Positions 9,740-19,736 are shown, numbered from the stretch's first letter. The stretch: DNA of 64,000 nucleotides from an uncultured Bacilli bacterium (GCA_934096585.1 CAKOMG010000008.1:34690-98689), one strand, 5' to 3'. Program-made: numbers and translations. Notes: generated by a model from the sequence alone, not told the origin.

Positions 9740-9882
9740 AATCTTCTCCTTTTCTTTCATTAGAATTTTTAACCTTTTATTATATTATTATATCAATATT
9801 ATTTTTTTTAATTACTCCTAAATTAAATGACTTAATATTAAATAAATTTTCATACTTTTCCTTCTCTTGTATTATCAGTATA
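9525..9882 (-). repeat. segmental duplication copy A (5' third of the lipoprotein gene plus ~120 bp of upstream region)
   Basis: Near-identical to 13847-14208 (offset 4322-4326) on manual alignment of both the coding and the upstream sequence. Confidence 0.75.
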
Positions 9883-9924
9883 TCATAAAAGTAGACTATT
9901 GTATATAAAAATTTTAAATAAATA

Positions 9925-9962
9925 AAGTTGACTTATTAATTATAAATAAGCCAACTTTATTT
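9925..9962 (-). terminator. long hairpin terminator after the 1165-aa gene
   Basis: Minus strand reads AAGTTGGCTTATT...AATAAGTCAACTT with one mismatch and T-rich flanks, immediately after the stop at 9963. Confidence 0.6.
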
Positions 9963-12900
9963 TTATTCTGTAATTGTTAAATGAATTTTTAAAAAAATTC
10001 TTCTATTTAGTTTATAATTACCCATAATTAATGCTTCACCTGGACCAGATGAACTCACCATATTATGATGCTCCATGTCTACTGTAATGTCATCTATTGG
10101 TTCTATATCCCACACATAATAAGATATATATGGATATGGGCTATTTGAAAAATTCAATTCTAAAGTATATAATCCATTTTCACTTGAATATGAATAAGTC
10201 ATATAACTTTCTATTATAATTTCATCTGTTTTAGTTTCTTTTAATATTGTTAAATCTTTTTTATATACAATAGATGGATCTTCTTTATTAACTGCATATA
10301 TCGTTACGGATGAATCATTATTTACTGGCATTGCTAATACAGTTCCATATCCTGATACTTTAGCTATATTATCATCACTTGAATACCAATCATATTCAAG
10401 TCTTGACATAGGATCATTTTCACGATCTTTAACCATTAAATACAAGTTTCTTGTAAAACCTTCTGTAATTGTACTTCCTTTTAATGAACCATTATTAAAA
10501 ATAACTTCGCTTCCCAATTGGAATCCCTGTTTGTAAGCAGGATCAGTAACCAAGGTTCCTGATATATTTTGTTCTTGATCAACAAGTCGTTTTAATTCCA
10601 ATTTAATAGTTACATTATTTCTATTATTTAAATAACCAATATAATATGTTCCAGCATCTAAACACTTATAAAGAACACGATTTTTATCAGAATTATTAAT
10701 ATAAGTCATTGTATTTTTAACAACACAATAATATTCCTCATCACACCCTGGATCATGGTGCTTTTCTAAAATATATAAACTAATTAAATCAGTAAAGTTT
10801 CCGCTTATATTAATTTGTAGTTCAAATTTTGAGCGATGACTAATTGTAACTTCTTTGAAGTAACTATATAAAGTTTTATTACTAAACAATTCATTAGTAG
10901 TGGTGTTTGTTAATGATGATGCATAGTTAATATTATCAGACTCTACCTTTTCAATAGTAATTAATACAGGATCATAATCATTTGATGATAATTCAATATC
11001 AACATAATAACTAGTGTTTGCAAAGTATACATACATTTCATTTTCATTTGTAAATGATGAAGATAAATTGTTTTTATCACTAAGTCCTATTCTATTTACC
11101 ATCTCTTTTTTTCTATAATCATTATATATTTTTATACTTCCATCTTGATATGATGCATTAACACCAGCATCTAATTTTATTTTATAAAATCCAAAACTAT
11201 CATTGATAAAAACAAAGCATGCATGATTTTTATCATAAATAGTATTATGTAAATAAGATTTTATATTTGTTGTTCCTTCTTGCAATTCTACTCTATTAGC
11301 TCCCCATCTTAGAGTTATATTCATTTCGATTTGACCACCAGATGTATCACCACTAAATGATATTGATATATAATATGTATTTCGAGAAAAATAATAATTA
11401 TATATATTATAATTAATATCTATAAAATTCATATTACGATCATAAAGATTTATTAATACATCTTCTGAAGAAGTAGCAAGTATTTTATATGCTTTTGCAC
11501 AATTAACATTTAGTTTATATAATTTATTATATCCAGCATTTAATGTTAAATTTTGACTAATATTATGTTCGCAATCAATTAATAATTCATCAATATTTTC
11601 TGATGGTTTAATTATGTGCTTATAAGAATCCCAACTATAACCATTAACATAGTCAACTATTTTATTAGTTGGAACTATTATTTCAAGATCATCTGCACAT
11701 TCATCAAATCCGTATAAACCTAAATCTGGAATATTATTTTTTGATTTTAATACTTCAATTCTTGATAAATTAGTACATCCATAAAACGCTTCTTTTCCTA
11801 TGTATTCTATAAGACTAGGTATTATAATATTTGTAAAGCTTGAACAATTTTTAAATGCAGAAACTCCTATTCTCGTTAAATTATCTGGTAATGTAACATT
11901 TTCTAAATTTGTGCATCCTTCAAAGGCATTGTTACCTATATTGGTAACTGTATTTGGAATTGTAATACTTGTAAGGTTTGTGCAATTTTTAAAGGCACTT
12001 TTGCCTATATTGGTAACTGTATTTGGAATTGTAACATTAGTAAGACGCGTACACCCTTCAAAAGTATTATCATTAATACTATTAATTGTATTTGGTATAA
12101 TTACACTTGTAAGGTTCACACAATCTTTAAATGCAGAATCTCCAATTGAAGTTAATTTTTTTTGCATTATTACTGTTTTTAAACTCGTACATCCTTCAAA
12201 AGAGCTTGTTCCTATATGTATTATGTTATTCGGCAAGTGTACAGCAAGAATTTTTGTACATCCTTTAAATGCGTTATCTCCTATATATTTAAGATTTGAT
12301 GGCAATTGTAGCGATACTAAAGAAGAGCAATTTTCAAAAGCATTTGACCCAATTGTTGTAAGATTCATTGGGAAATTTATGTTAACAATATTAGTGCAAT
12401 TTTTAAATGCATTGTTGCCAATAGCTGTAATGGCAATATCATTAATATATGAAGGAATATTTACTCTATTTGGCAATGAAAAGTTTACTCCTATTATTGT
12501 TGATCCATCAGAGCTTAATTCATATAAGTCTTTTAGATCCGTACAATAACAAGCACATTTCACAATTCTATATTTATTATCAATAATTTCACCGGTATCT
12601 TTAAAATTATGTTCATGATCAACTGACATTCTAATTTGAAAACCAATGCAACTTGCTGGATACCATACATGAGCTGTTTCACTTTCCCCTCCATTATGTA
12701 CAATAAACCCTTCTTCTCCGTTATAAGTTGCATATCCATAAGCAACTACAACATGAAAATTACTAGCTTGTGTTCCTATCGGATTACAACCTAATATTAT
12801 AGGTTTTCCATTGTTAATATCTTCTTTTGCTTTGTTACTATTAAAAAATCCAGGCTTAATTTTAACAGTATCTTTCGATAATTTTGAATAACTTTTTATA

Positions 12901-13460
12901 AATTCTAATGCTCCATCCGCAACTAAATTTATTGCTTGACCTAAACCATAAGCACCTGAAAACGAATTTAAATCCATTAATTCTTCATAAAATCCTACTT
13001 CTGTACCAATACTAAATTTACCATAGCCTGTACCAACAGTTGTATTAATTTTAGGATTATCAACTACATTACGATAATCATCATTTAAATATCTTAAATT
13101 ATTACCTCCAAGTTTAGGAATTAATCGTCCATCAGAATAATAATTGTGATAACCCATAAGCATTTGCATAGCAACAGTTGTACATGTTCCAGCTTCATTA
13201 TCGCTTCCATCATTTGCAGCATGATACGGATTTACTTTAAAATAATTGGCATTTTCAATATATTTTATATTTTCAAAGTTTTTAATGCCTATGGTGTCAA
13301 TTATTTTATATATTATCTCTTCATCATCAGAAACATTAGAGTATATCTCAGTTTCATTAGTAACATCTACAGCCGCATTTGTTATTGGAATATTTATTAT
13401 AGTAATTAATATCAATAAAATTATAATTATTGTAATTTTGTTTAAATTCAAATGTTTCAT
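9963..13460 (-). CDS. secreted surface protein: papain-like cysteine-peptidase-like domain, BspA-type leucine-rich repeats and a Big_2-like C-terminal region
   Basis: Signal peptide MKHLNLNKITIIIILLILITIINIPITNA. Cys/His pair motifs EAGTCTTVAMQMLMGYHNYY and NFHVVVAYGY. About 11 repeats of 23 aa of the form IP..V..IG..AF..C..L (LRR_5/BspA type). Big_2-like DWYSSDDNIAKVSGYGTVLA. Confidence 0.8.
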   Translation of the reverse strand: MKHLNLNKITIIIILLILITIINIPITNAAVDVTNETEIYSNVSDDEEIIYKIIDTIGIKNFENIKYIENANYFKVNPYHAANDGSDNEAGTCTTVAMQMLMGYHNYYSDGRLIPKLGGNNLRYLNDDYRNVVDNPKINTTVGTGYGKFSIGTEVGFYEELMDLNSFSGAYGLGQAINLVADGALEFIKSYSKLSKDTVKIKPGFFNSNKAKEDINNGKPIILGCNPIGTQASNFHVVVAYGYATYNGEEGFIVHNGGESETAHVWYPASCIGFQIRMSVDHEHNFKDTGEIIDNKYRIVKCACYCTDLKDLYELSSDGSTIIGVNFSLPNRVNIPSYINDIAITAIGNNAFKNCTNIVNINFPMNLTTIGSNAFENCSSLVSLQLPSNLKYIGDNAFKGCTKILAVHLPNNIIHIGTSSFEGCTSLKTVIMQKKLTSIGDSAFKDCVNLTSVIIPNTINSINDNTFEGCTRLTNVTIPNTVTNIGKSAFKNCTNLTSITIPNTVTNIGNNAFEGCTNLENVTLPDNLTRIGVSAFKNCSSFTNIIIPSLIEYIGKEAFYGCTNLSRIEVLKSKNNIPDLGLYGFDECADDLEIIVPTNKIVDYVNGYSWDSYKHIIKPSENIDELLIDCEHNISQNLTLNAGYNKLYKLNVNCAKAYKILATSSEDVLINLYDRNMNFIDINYNIYNYYFSRNTYYISISFSGDTSGGQIEMNITLRWGANRVELQEGTTNIKSYLHNTIYDKNHACFVFINDSFGFYKIKLDAGVNASYQDGSIKIYNDYRKKEMVNRIGLSDKNNLSSSFTNENEMYVYFANTSYYVDIELSSNDYDPVLITIEKVESDNINYASSLTNTTTNELFSNKTLYSYFKEVTISHRSKFELQINISGNFTDLISLYILEKHHDPGCDEEYYCVVKNTMTYINNSDKNRVLYKCLDAGTYYIGYLNNRNNVTIKLELKRLVDQEQNISGTLVTDPAYKQGFQLGSEVIFNNGSLKGSTITEGFTRNLYLMVKDRENDPMSRLEYDWYSSDDNIAKVSGYGTVLAMPVNNDSSVTIYAVNKEDPSIVYKKDLTILKETKTDEIIIESYMTYSYSSENGLYTLELNFSNSPYPYISYYVWDIEPIDDITVDMEHHNMVSSSGPGEALIMGNYKLNRRIFLKIHLTITE
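11935..12034 (-). repeat. 69-bp tandem LRR unit with 31-bp exact cores
   Basis: CCTATATTGGTAACTGTATTTGGAATTGTAA occurs at 11935-11965 and again at 12004-12034. It encodes consecutive IPNTVTNIG LRR units. Confidence 0.85.
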
Positions 13461-13479
13461 AATAAGTTCCCTTCATATT

Positions 13480-14061
13480 TTATAATTTATATTTTGCTAT
13501 AGGTGCAAAATAAATACCTGAATAATGTTGTTTATAAGTAGAAACGCCATCATATTCTTGCATTGTAATTAAATCTAAATAATTATCACCAACTTTTATT
13601 GATGGAACTAAAGCAGAACTAATTATAGTTTTAATTAGATATCCTCTTGTGTCACTTGGTATATTGGCAACTTTAAAATGACTATTATAGTATAGAACAG
13701 GATTTCCTGATTCATCTGTTTCACCTATCATTTGCCCATTTACAACATCTACTACTTTAAACCATGAGCCTCTTCTTGTATTTTTAATATATAAACTATG
13801 TAAATAATACTTTTCTTCATCCATTATTTCTATATAAAAGAAATCATTATTAGAAAAGTCAACAACAAAATATTGTAACTTATCATCATTGTTATATAAT
13901 GGTCTTAATTCATATGTTTCGCCATCTTTTAAATATTTTTCTTCAATTATTTTTCTAACATTATTAGTATGCTCTTCATCAGTATAATATTTTGCTTTTT
14001 TACATCCTGATGAAGCAATCACGATAAAAATTAAACATAATAACCCTATTATTCGTTTCAT
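13480..14061 (-). CDS. lipoprotein, paralog 3 (chimeric between paralogs 1 and 2)
   Basis: The lipobox is SSGC here. The N-terminal ~78 aa match paralog 2 and the middle block DFFYIEIMDEEKYYLHSLYIK matches paralog 1. Start at 14061 as for paralog 2. Confidence 0.75.
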   Translation of the reverse strand: MKRIIGLLCLIFIVIASSGCKKAKYYTDEEHTNNVRKIIEEKYLKDGETYELRPLYNNDDKLQYFVVDFSNNDFFYIEIMDEEKYYLHSLYIKNTRRGSWFKVVDVVNGQMIGETDESGNPVLYYNSHFKVANIPSDTRGYLIKTIISSALVPSIKVGDNYLDLITMQEYDGVSTYKQHYSGIYFAPIAKYKL

Positions 14062-14208
14062 AATCTTCTCCTTTTCTTTCATTAGATTTTTTAACCTTTT
14101 ATTATAATATTATATCAATATTATTTCTTTTAATTACTCCAAAATTAAGTGACTTAATATTAAATAAATTTTCATACTTTTCCTTCTCTTGTACTATCAG
14201 TATATCAT
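13847..14208 (-). repeat. segmental duplication copy B
   Basis: See 9525-9882. It includes the duplicated putative promoter/5' region. Confidence 0.75.
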
Positions 14209-14455
14209 ATATATATATTCTTGTATACTATAAATTTTTATAAATTTTTTTAGTCTTGTCGAAATTTGTCGAAAAAGGTATGAAATGTATTCTTTTTTAA
14301 AAATGAATATGTTTATTTACAAAAATTAAAAATTCGATTTTTTGTTAATTTAAGTGACAAATTCCTACTTTTATTTTATATTTTTTTAATTTTGTTTTTT
14401 AAAATCCTTTATAAAAAAAGCTAATAAAGTATAAATACCTTACTAGCTCTATTGT

Positions 14456-16303
14456 TTATAATTTTGTTTTTTCCATCTCTTCATTGATAAATTGATTTTT
14501 ATATAAATTATAATATTCTTTTTGTAACTTCAATAATTCCTTATGATTTCCTTGTTCAATAATTTCACCATCTTTAATAACTAAAATTAAATCCGCATTT
14601 TGAATCGTTGAAAGACGATGAGCGACAATGAAAGATGTTCTTCCTTTTAACATTTTATTAATTACATTTTGAATTAAAACTTCTGTTTCTGTATCTATTG
14701 AAGATGTAGCTTCATCAAGAATCAAAATGCGTGGATTAGCAATTAATGCTCTAGCAAATGAAATTAATTGTCTTTGTCCTTGTGATAATTTTGATCCACC
14801 TTCGCCAACATTTGTTTCGTATTTATTTTCAAAATCATTAATAAATCCATCAGCACTTACTGCTTTTGCAGCTGCTATACATTCTTCATCTGTGGCATCT
14901 AATCTACCATACCTAATGTTTTCCATAATAGTTCCATTAAATAGATGTGGTGTTTGTAATACATAACCTAAATTTTCATGTAACCAGCCAATTGAGCGTT
15001 CTTTATAATTTTTTCCATCAATTAAAATTTCTCCACTTGTTGGTTCATAGAATCTACAAATCAAATTCACAATTGTACTTTTTCCACTTCCTGTTGCACC
15101 AACTAATGCTACACTAGTTCCTGCTTTAATATGTAAATTAAAGTCTTTAAGTACTGGTTCATTAGGAATATATGAAAAATTAACGTGATTAAAATCAATA
15201 TCTCCAACTAAAGGCTCCCAGTTTTCTCTTTTTGGCTCTGTAATAGTTCCATACTGTTTAACTACTTCATCAGTATCTTTAATTTCTGGTTCTGTTTCAA
15301 TCAGAGAAATTATTCTTTCCGCAGATGCTTGTGCTTGTTGAAGCTCTGCAAGAATTCTTGCTATTTGCATAATTGGATCAAAGAACATTGTTGTGTAGTT
15401 GATAAACAAATACAATACAGAAACTGTAATAGTTAATGTTCCAAATTCACCTAACACAAATCCTGCACCTACTCTTAATGTTATAGCAACACCAACATAA
15501 CCAAGTACTAGAATTAAAGGCCAAAATATAGATGATCTTATTACTGCTTTAATAGAATTCTTTTTCATATCAGAACATAACTCTTTAAACTCTTTTGCTT
15601 TTGTATCTTCCAAAACTAATGTTTTAGTTGTTTTAGTTCCTAATATTCCTTCATTATAAGCGCCAGTTATTTTTGAATTTATCTTTCTTACATTTCTATA
15701 GGCTTTTAAAATTGATTTTCTAAAGTACATACAAATTAAAAATAGTAATGGAGTAAGAATTGTAATAATTAAAGCAAGTGGCCAGAATATAACATATAAA
15801 ACTATTAATATTCCTGTCATCGTTCCAATACCCCAAATAAAATCAACCATTCCCCATGATATAATTTCTGCTAACTTTCTTGAATCACTTGTTAAACGTG
15901 CCATAATCCAACCAGCAGCTGTTTTATCATAATAACTAAATGGAAGTTCTTGTAATTTCAAGAATGCTTCTGTACGAAGTTCATCAGCAACTTCTACTTC
16001 AACTATTCCTGCCATATTGATGAAAGTATAAATAACACCCATATAAAGTAATGCTAATAATATATATATTCCAATATAAAGCCATGTTTTTTCAAATTGA
16101 GGGTTTTCTGAAAAGAAAACATCAATTACCTTTGAATTGACAATTGGAGTAACAATATCTAATGTAGCTAGTATTATTACTGAAATAATCATTATAATAA
16201 TATTCTTTTTTCTTTTAAATACTTTATGTAATATTTTCTTCCAAACACCAGCACTAAATTTTTCTTCTTGTAACTCTTCTTGATATTCTTCCATATCTTC
16301 CAT
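14456..16303 (-). CDS. ABC exporter, fused permease/ATPase subunit (heterodimer partner 2)
   Basis: Six-TM N-terminal half. Walker A GATGSGKST, signature LSQGQRQ, Walker B ILILDEATS. Its ATG overlaps the upstream stop (TAATG). Confidence 0.92.
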   Translation of the reverse strand: MEDMEEYQEELQEEKFSAGVWKKILHKVFKRKKNIIIMIISVIILATLDIVTPIVNSKVIDVFFSENPQFEKTWLYIGIYILLALLYMGVIYTFINMAGIVEVEVADELRTEAFLKLQELPFSYYDKTAAGWIMARLTSDSRKLAEIISWGMVDFIWGIGTMTGILIVLYVIFWPLALIITILTPLLFLICMYFRKSILKAYRNVRKINSKITGAYNEGILGTKTTKTLVLEDTKAKEFKELCSDMKKNSIKAVIRSSIFWPLILVLGYVGVAITLRVGAGFVLGEFGTLTITVSVLYLFINYTTMFFDPIMQIARILAELQQAQASAERIISLIETEPEIKDTDEVVKQYGTITEPKRENWEPLVGDIDFNHVNFSYIPNEPVLKDFNLHIKAGTSVALVGATGSGKSTIVNLICRFYEPTSGEILIDGKNYKERSIGWLHENLGYVLQTPHLFNGTIMENIRYGRLDATDEECIAAAKAVSADGFINDFENKYETNVGEGGSKLSQGQRQLISFARALIANPRILILDEATSSIDTETEVLIQNVINKMLKGRTSFIVAHRLSTIQNADLILVIKDGEIIEQGNHKELLKLQKEYYNLYKNQFINEEMEKTKL

Positions 16304-18135
16304 TATTCATTCACCTCCTTATCAACCATTTTCAAGAACTCACTTTCAAGTGCTCCTTGAATATCCCATAAGGATTTATATAAACCTGGTTTATGAGCTA
16401 ACTCTTCATGTGTACCAATTTCTGATACTTTACCTTTTTCTAAAACTATAATTTTATCTGCTTCTTTTGCAGTTGTAATACGATGAGTGATAATAATAGA
16501 TGTCATTTTTTCATCTCTTTGTTTTAAGGCATTACGAATTTGTAAATCTGTTTTTGTATCTAATGCACTTAAACTATCGTCAAATATTATTATTGGTTTG
16601 TTTAATACTAGCATTCTAGCAATAGCAATACGTTGCTTTTGCCCACCTGATAGTGTTGCTCCCTTTTCACCAACTAATGTATTATAGCCTTTATCAAAAG
16701 ATAAAATATCTTTATGAATAGCAGCTGTTTCTGCAGCTTGATAAATTGAATCTTCGTTTGAATTTGGTGTTGCAATACTTATATTTTCATATATTGTTTT
16801 TGCATATAAAAATGGATCTTGCAAGATTATACCTATATTTTCTCTTACATAATGTTTTTCAATATCTTTTAGTTCAACACCATCAATGGTTATACTACCT
16901 TTATCATAATCAAGCATTCTTACTAACATATTAACGATTGTTGACTTACCACTACCAGTTTTACCGACAATAGCTATTGTTTCACCTGACTTAATTTCAA
17001 AACTAACATCATCTAATAAGTGTTTATCCGTATCATCAAATTTAAATGAAACATGATCAAATTTGATGTTTCCTGTTATAACTGGTTTTAATGTTCCGTT
17101 ATTTTGGTATTCATCCGGTTTTGCAAGTATTTCATCAACTCTTCCTGCTGCTACTGTCGCTTTACCAAAATCGCCAATTATTCTTCCTAAACTTCTAATT
17201 GGATATACAAGCATAGCAATATATTCAATACATACTACTATATCACCTGTTGATAATCCGGTTTTAGCAAGATATATGCAGTATCCAATTGTTGCGGCAT
17301 ATTGAAGTAAAGTCATTCCATCACTAAATCCCCAATACATCGCCATTGCATGATTTAATTTAAAACTTTCAGTTTTAAATTTTTTACTTTTCTTATTAAA
17401 TTTATCTATTTCATATTTTTCTCTAGCAAATGCTTTAACAACACGTACACCATTAACACTTTCTTGAAGTGCTATTGTCATATCAGATTCATATTCTTCT
17501 ACTTCTTCAAACTTCTTTTTAACATATCTAAAGTAAATAAAGCTTGTTGAAACAGTAATTGGTAATACACATAATGTAATAAACATAATATTTATATTAA
17601 TGTTTGCCATTTGCAATGCACCTGCAACAAATGATGCAAAAATATACAAAATTTCTGGCAATTGTGTACTTATGAAACTTTTGATTGTGTCAATATCCGA
17701 TGTACATCTTTGAATTAAATCTCCTGTATCTACGGAGCTATGATATGAGTATGATAAATTCTGAATATGATTATAAAGTTTGGTACGCATATCATATGCT
17801 ATTCCTTCAGCAAACATTCCTTTTAATGTTCCGTTTAAGAACATTAATGCTCCTCGAATCAATTGATAAATTACAAGCACTACACCAACTGCTAATACAC
17901 TTTCTAAACCTTCAAATGAAGCAAAGAAATTAATTAAAAATTGGGGTAAAGTATTTGAAGCATCAGGGTTGGGTTCAAGAACATAATCAAATACATATTT
18001 TATAAATTGAGGAACATAGGAATATGTAACTGGGACTACGATTGTTATAATCATAATCATAATAAGTAAGACCAAATGTGGTTTTGCCCATTTAAATAAT
18101 TTGGACAAACTACTTTTGGATTTTTTTCTTTCCAT
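16303..18135 (-). CDS. ABC exporter, fused permease/ATPase subunit (heterodimer partner 1)
   Basis: Walker A GKTGSGKST, signature LSGGQKQR, Walker B IIIFDDSLS. The degenerate Walker B acidic residue is typical of asymmetric heterodimeric exporters. Confidence 0.92.
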   Translation of the reverse strand: MERKKSKSSLSKLFKWAKPHLVLLIMIMIITIVVPVTYSYVPQFIKYVFDYVLEPNPDASNTLPQFLINFFASFEGLESVLAVGVVLVIYQLIRGALMFLNGTLKGMFAEGIAYDMRTKLYNHIQNLSYSYHSSVDTGDLIQRCTSDIDTIKSFISTQLPEILYIFASFVAGALQMANININIMFITLCVLPITVSTSFIYFRYVKKKFEEVEEYESDMTIALQESVNGVRVVKAFAREKYEIDKFNKKSKKFKTESFKLNHAMAMYWGFSDGMTLLQYAATIGYCIYLAKTGLSTGDIVVCIEYIAMLVYPIRSLGRIIGDFGKATVAAGRVDEILAKPDEYQNNGTLKPVITGNIKFDHVSFKFDDTDKHLLDDVSFEIKSGETIAIVGKTGSGKSTIVNMLVRMLDYDKGSITIDGVELKDIEKHYVRENIGIILQDPFLYAKTIYENISIATPNSNEDSIYQAAETAAIHKDILSFDKGYNTLVGEKGATLSGGQKQRIAIARMLVLNKPIIIFDDSLSALDTKTDLQIRNALKQRDEKMTSIIITHRITTAKEADKIIVLEKGKVSEIGTHEELAHKPGLYKSLWDIQGALESEFLKMVDKEVNE

Positions 18136-18212
18136 ATTCTACCTCCTAACTAAATGCATAAGCATTTAGACGATTATATCATATAAAGTATTTAAAAGCA
18201 AGAAGTAATTGT

Positions 18213-18761
18213 TTACCTCTTGCACTTAACACATTCTTTGAGTAATATTACTGATATAATTAATATTGTAACTATCATTATATCTTTAATTTTATCTATT
18301 ACCATTATTATATAATCAATGTTATTTGCGAATGCATATCCTAATATAATAAGAAAAGAATTATAAATAAAAATGCCAATAAATGAATAAATAAAAAACT
18401 TTAGAAATTTTTGTTTATTTATTCCTGATACTAAGGAAATATAAATTCTAACTATTGGAATAAACCTTCCAATTAAAACTGATATGTTTTGATGTTTTTC
18501 ATAATAATCAAATGCCTTTAAAATCTTTTTTGATTTTATGTTTTCTTTTTTAATTCTCTTTCCTATTATATATAATATTATAGATGCAATGAATGATATG
18601 CAATTTATAATAACAATATTCCATAGGCTAAAATGATAATCATTTAAATAGCAACCAAATAATGGCATTATTATTTCACAAGGAATTGGAATTCCTAAAA
18701 ATGTAAAAAAGGTGACAATATAAAAAAATAAAAAACCATACTTTTCAATTAATATATTCAT
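18213..18761 (-). CDS. DedA/VTT-family membrane protein
   Basis: GIPIPCE..MPLFG near the N-terminus, then GRFIPIVRIYISLVSG, with 4-5 TM segments. Confidence 0.7.
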   Translation of the reverse strand: MNILIEKYGFLFFYIVTFFTFLGIPIPCEIIMPLFGCYLNDYHFSLWNIVIINCISFIASIILYIIGKRIKKENIKSKKILKAFDYYEKHQNISVLIGRFIPIVRIYISLVSGINKQKFLKFFIYSFIGIFIYNSFLIILGYAFANNIDYIIMVIDKIKDIMIVTILIISVILLKECVKCKR

Positions 18762-18794
18762 AATTAATTATATGTATGGTTTTTATTTTTATTA

Positions 18795-19460
18795 TTAAAT
18801 TATTTTATATACAAACCTTGGACCTTCTAATCCATTTATACCAAGTGGAATAAATCCACATTTTTCAAGCACTCTTTGAGAAGCCTTATTATTTGGATCT
18901 GTTTCAGCTTCAATTCTTTTAGCGCCTTCTTTTAATGCCCATTCAATAATTTTATTTACTGCTTCGGTTCCATATCCTTTGTTTTGATATTTACTGGTAA
19001 TTCCATATCCTACTTCAACTGTTTTATCATCCGAAATTCCTTTAAAACATAAGTCCCCAATAGTAGTTCCATTTTTTAATTTAATATTCCAAGCTATATA
19101 CCATTGTTGTAATGCAGGATATTTAGTAGCACCATCTAACATTTCTTTATATGCTTTTTTTAATTCTTTATCTTTTGTTTTTAAGATTAAATTTTTCATT
19201 TCTTGGATTGTTAAAGGATATATTATTAGTCTTTTTGTTTCAAGTAATATATTTAATTCACGTTTATGAAATTTGATTATTTCTTCTTTTAGTGAAATCT
19301 TTGTTATTTCATAACCATAATTGATTAATTCGTATTTATATTTTAAAAATAAATGATCAATTTTGTTATCCGTTATATTTTGTATATCTTTAAAAGATAA
19401 TGTATAATCCTCTTGATTATTGTTTTTAAAATATTCAAAAAGTTTATTATATTTACTCAT
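18795..19460 (-). CDS. GNAT family N-acetyltransferase (RimJ/RimL-like) with an extra ~70-aa N-terminal domain
   Basis: Acetyl-CoA motif QNKGYGTEAVNKIIEWAL and C-terminal ASQRVLEKCGF. Confidence 0.85.
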   Translation of the reverse strand: MSKYNKLFEYFKNNNQEDYTLSFKDIQNITDNKIDHLFLKYKYELINYGYEITKISLKEEIIKFHKRELNILLETKRLIIYPLTIQEMKNLILKTKDKELKKAYKEMLDGATKYPALQQWYIAWNIKLKNGTTIGDLCFKGISDDKTVEVGYGITSKYQNKGYGTEAVNKIIEWALKEGAKRIEAETDPNNKASQRVLEKCGFIPLGINGLEGPRFVYKII

Positions 19461-19512
19461 TTTTTTTACCCTACACTATTTTATCATATTTTAAATTATT
19501 TTAAAAGTATAA

Positions 19513-19536
19513 AATACACTTCCTAAGAAGTGTATT
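19513..19536 (-). terminator. hairpin terminator, copy 1 of a duplicated 24-bp element
   Basis: AATACACTTC-CTAA-GAAGTGTATT, with a T run following on the minus strand. Confidence 0.65.
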
Positions 19537-19538
19537 CA

Positions 19539-19634
19539 TTAAAGATATTCAGCATACCTAGCAAACCTGTAATAACCGTATTCAGCAATAAATCCAGCTA
19601 TAGTTTTATTAGAATTCTTTTTGCTAGCTTTCAT
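19539..19634 (-). CDS. possible 31-aa small ORF (MKASKKNSNKTIAGFIAEYGYYRFARYAEYL)
   Basis: ATG to TAA read by hand. It is bracketed by the two identical hairpins. No clear SD, so the call is weak. Confidence 0.2.
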   Translation of the reverse strand: MKASKKNSNKTIAGFIAEYGYYRFARYAEYL

Positions 19635-19700
19635 TTATTATATCATTAATCCGGTAAAATGTAAAGTAAAGGCTGTACAGTTTATACGACATGTACAAAA

Positions 19701-19724
19701 AATACACTTCCTACGAAGTGTATT
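19701..19724 (-). terminator. hairpin terminator, copy 2
   Basis: AATACACTTC-CTAC-GAAGTGTATT, 13 nt after the stop of the LRR lipoprotein gene. Confidence 0.65.
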
Positions 19725-19736
19725 CCTATATCATAT

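Noticed and set aside
11800-12549. A 249-aa ORF on the + strand, and many other 60-110-aa ORFs antisense to long genes (for example 610-927, 2435-2710, 13146-13485, 14727-14966, 16487-17305, 17685-17933, 22123-22916, 23349-23561, 29560-29790, 31394-31609, 32027-32242, 32438-32668, 34519-34761, 35865-36047, 42411-42617, 46034-46315, 48596-48957, 49353-49544, 51032-51280, 56194-56540, 57213-57755, 62759-63001).
   Set aside because: They lie entirely inside well-supported genes on the opposite strand or in another frame. They have low-complexity, repeat-mirroring translations, no SD and no recognisable motifs. The 249-aa one is simply the antisense reading of the periodic LRR array.
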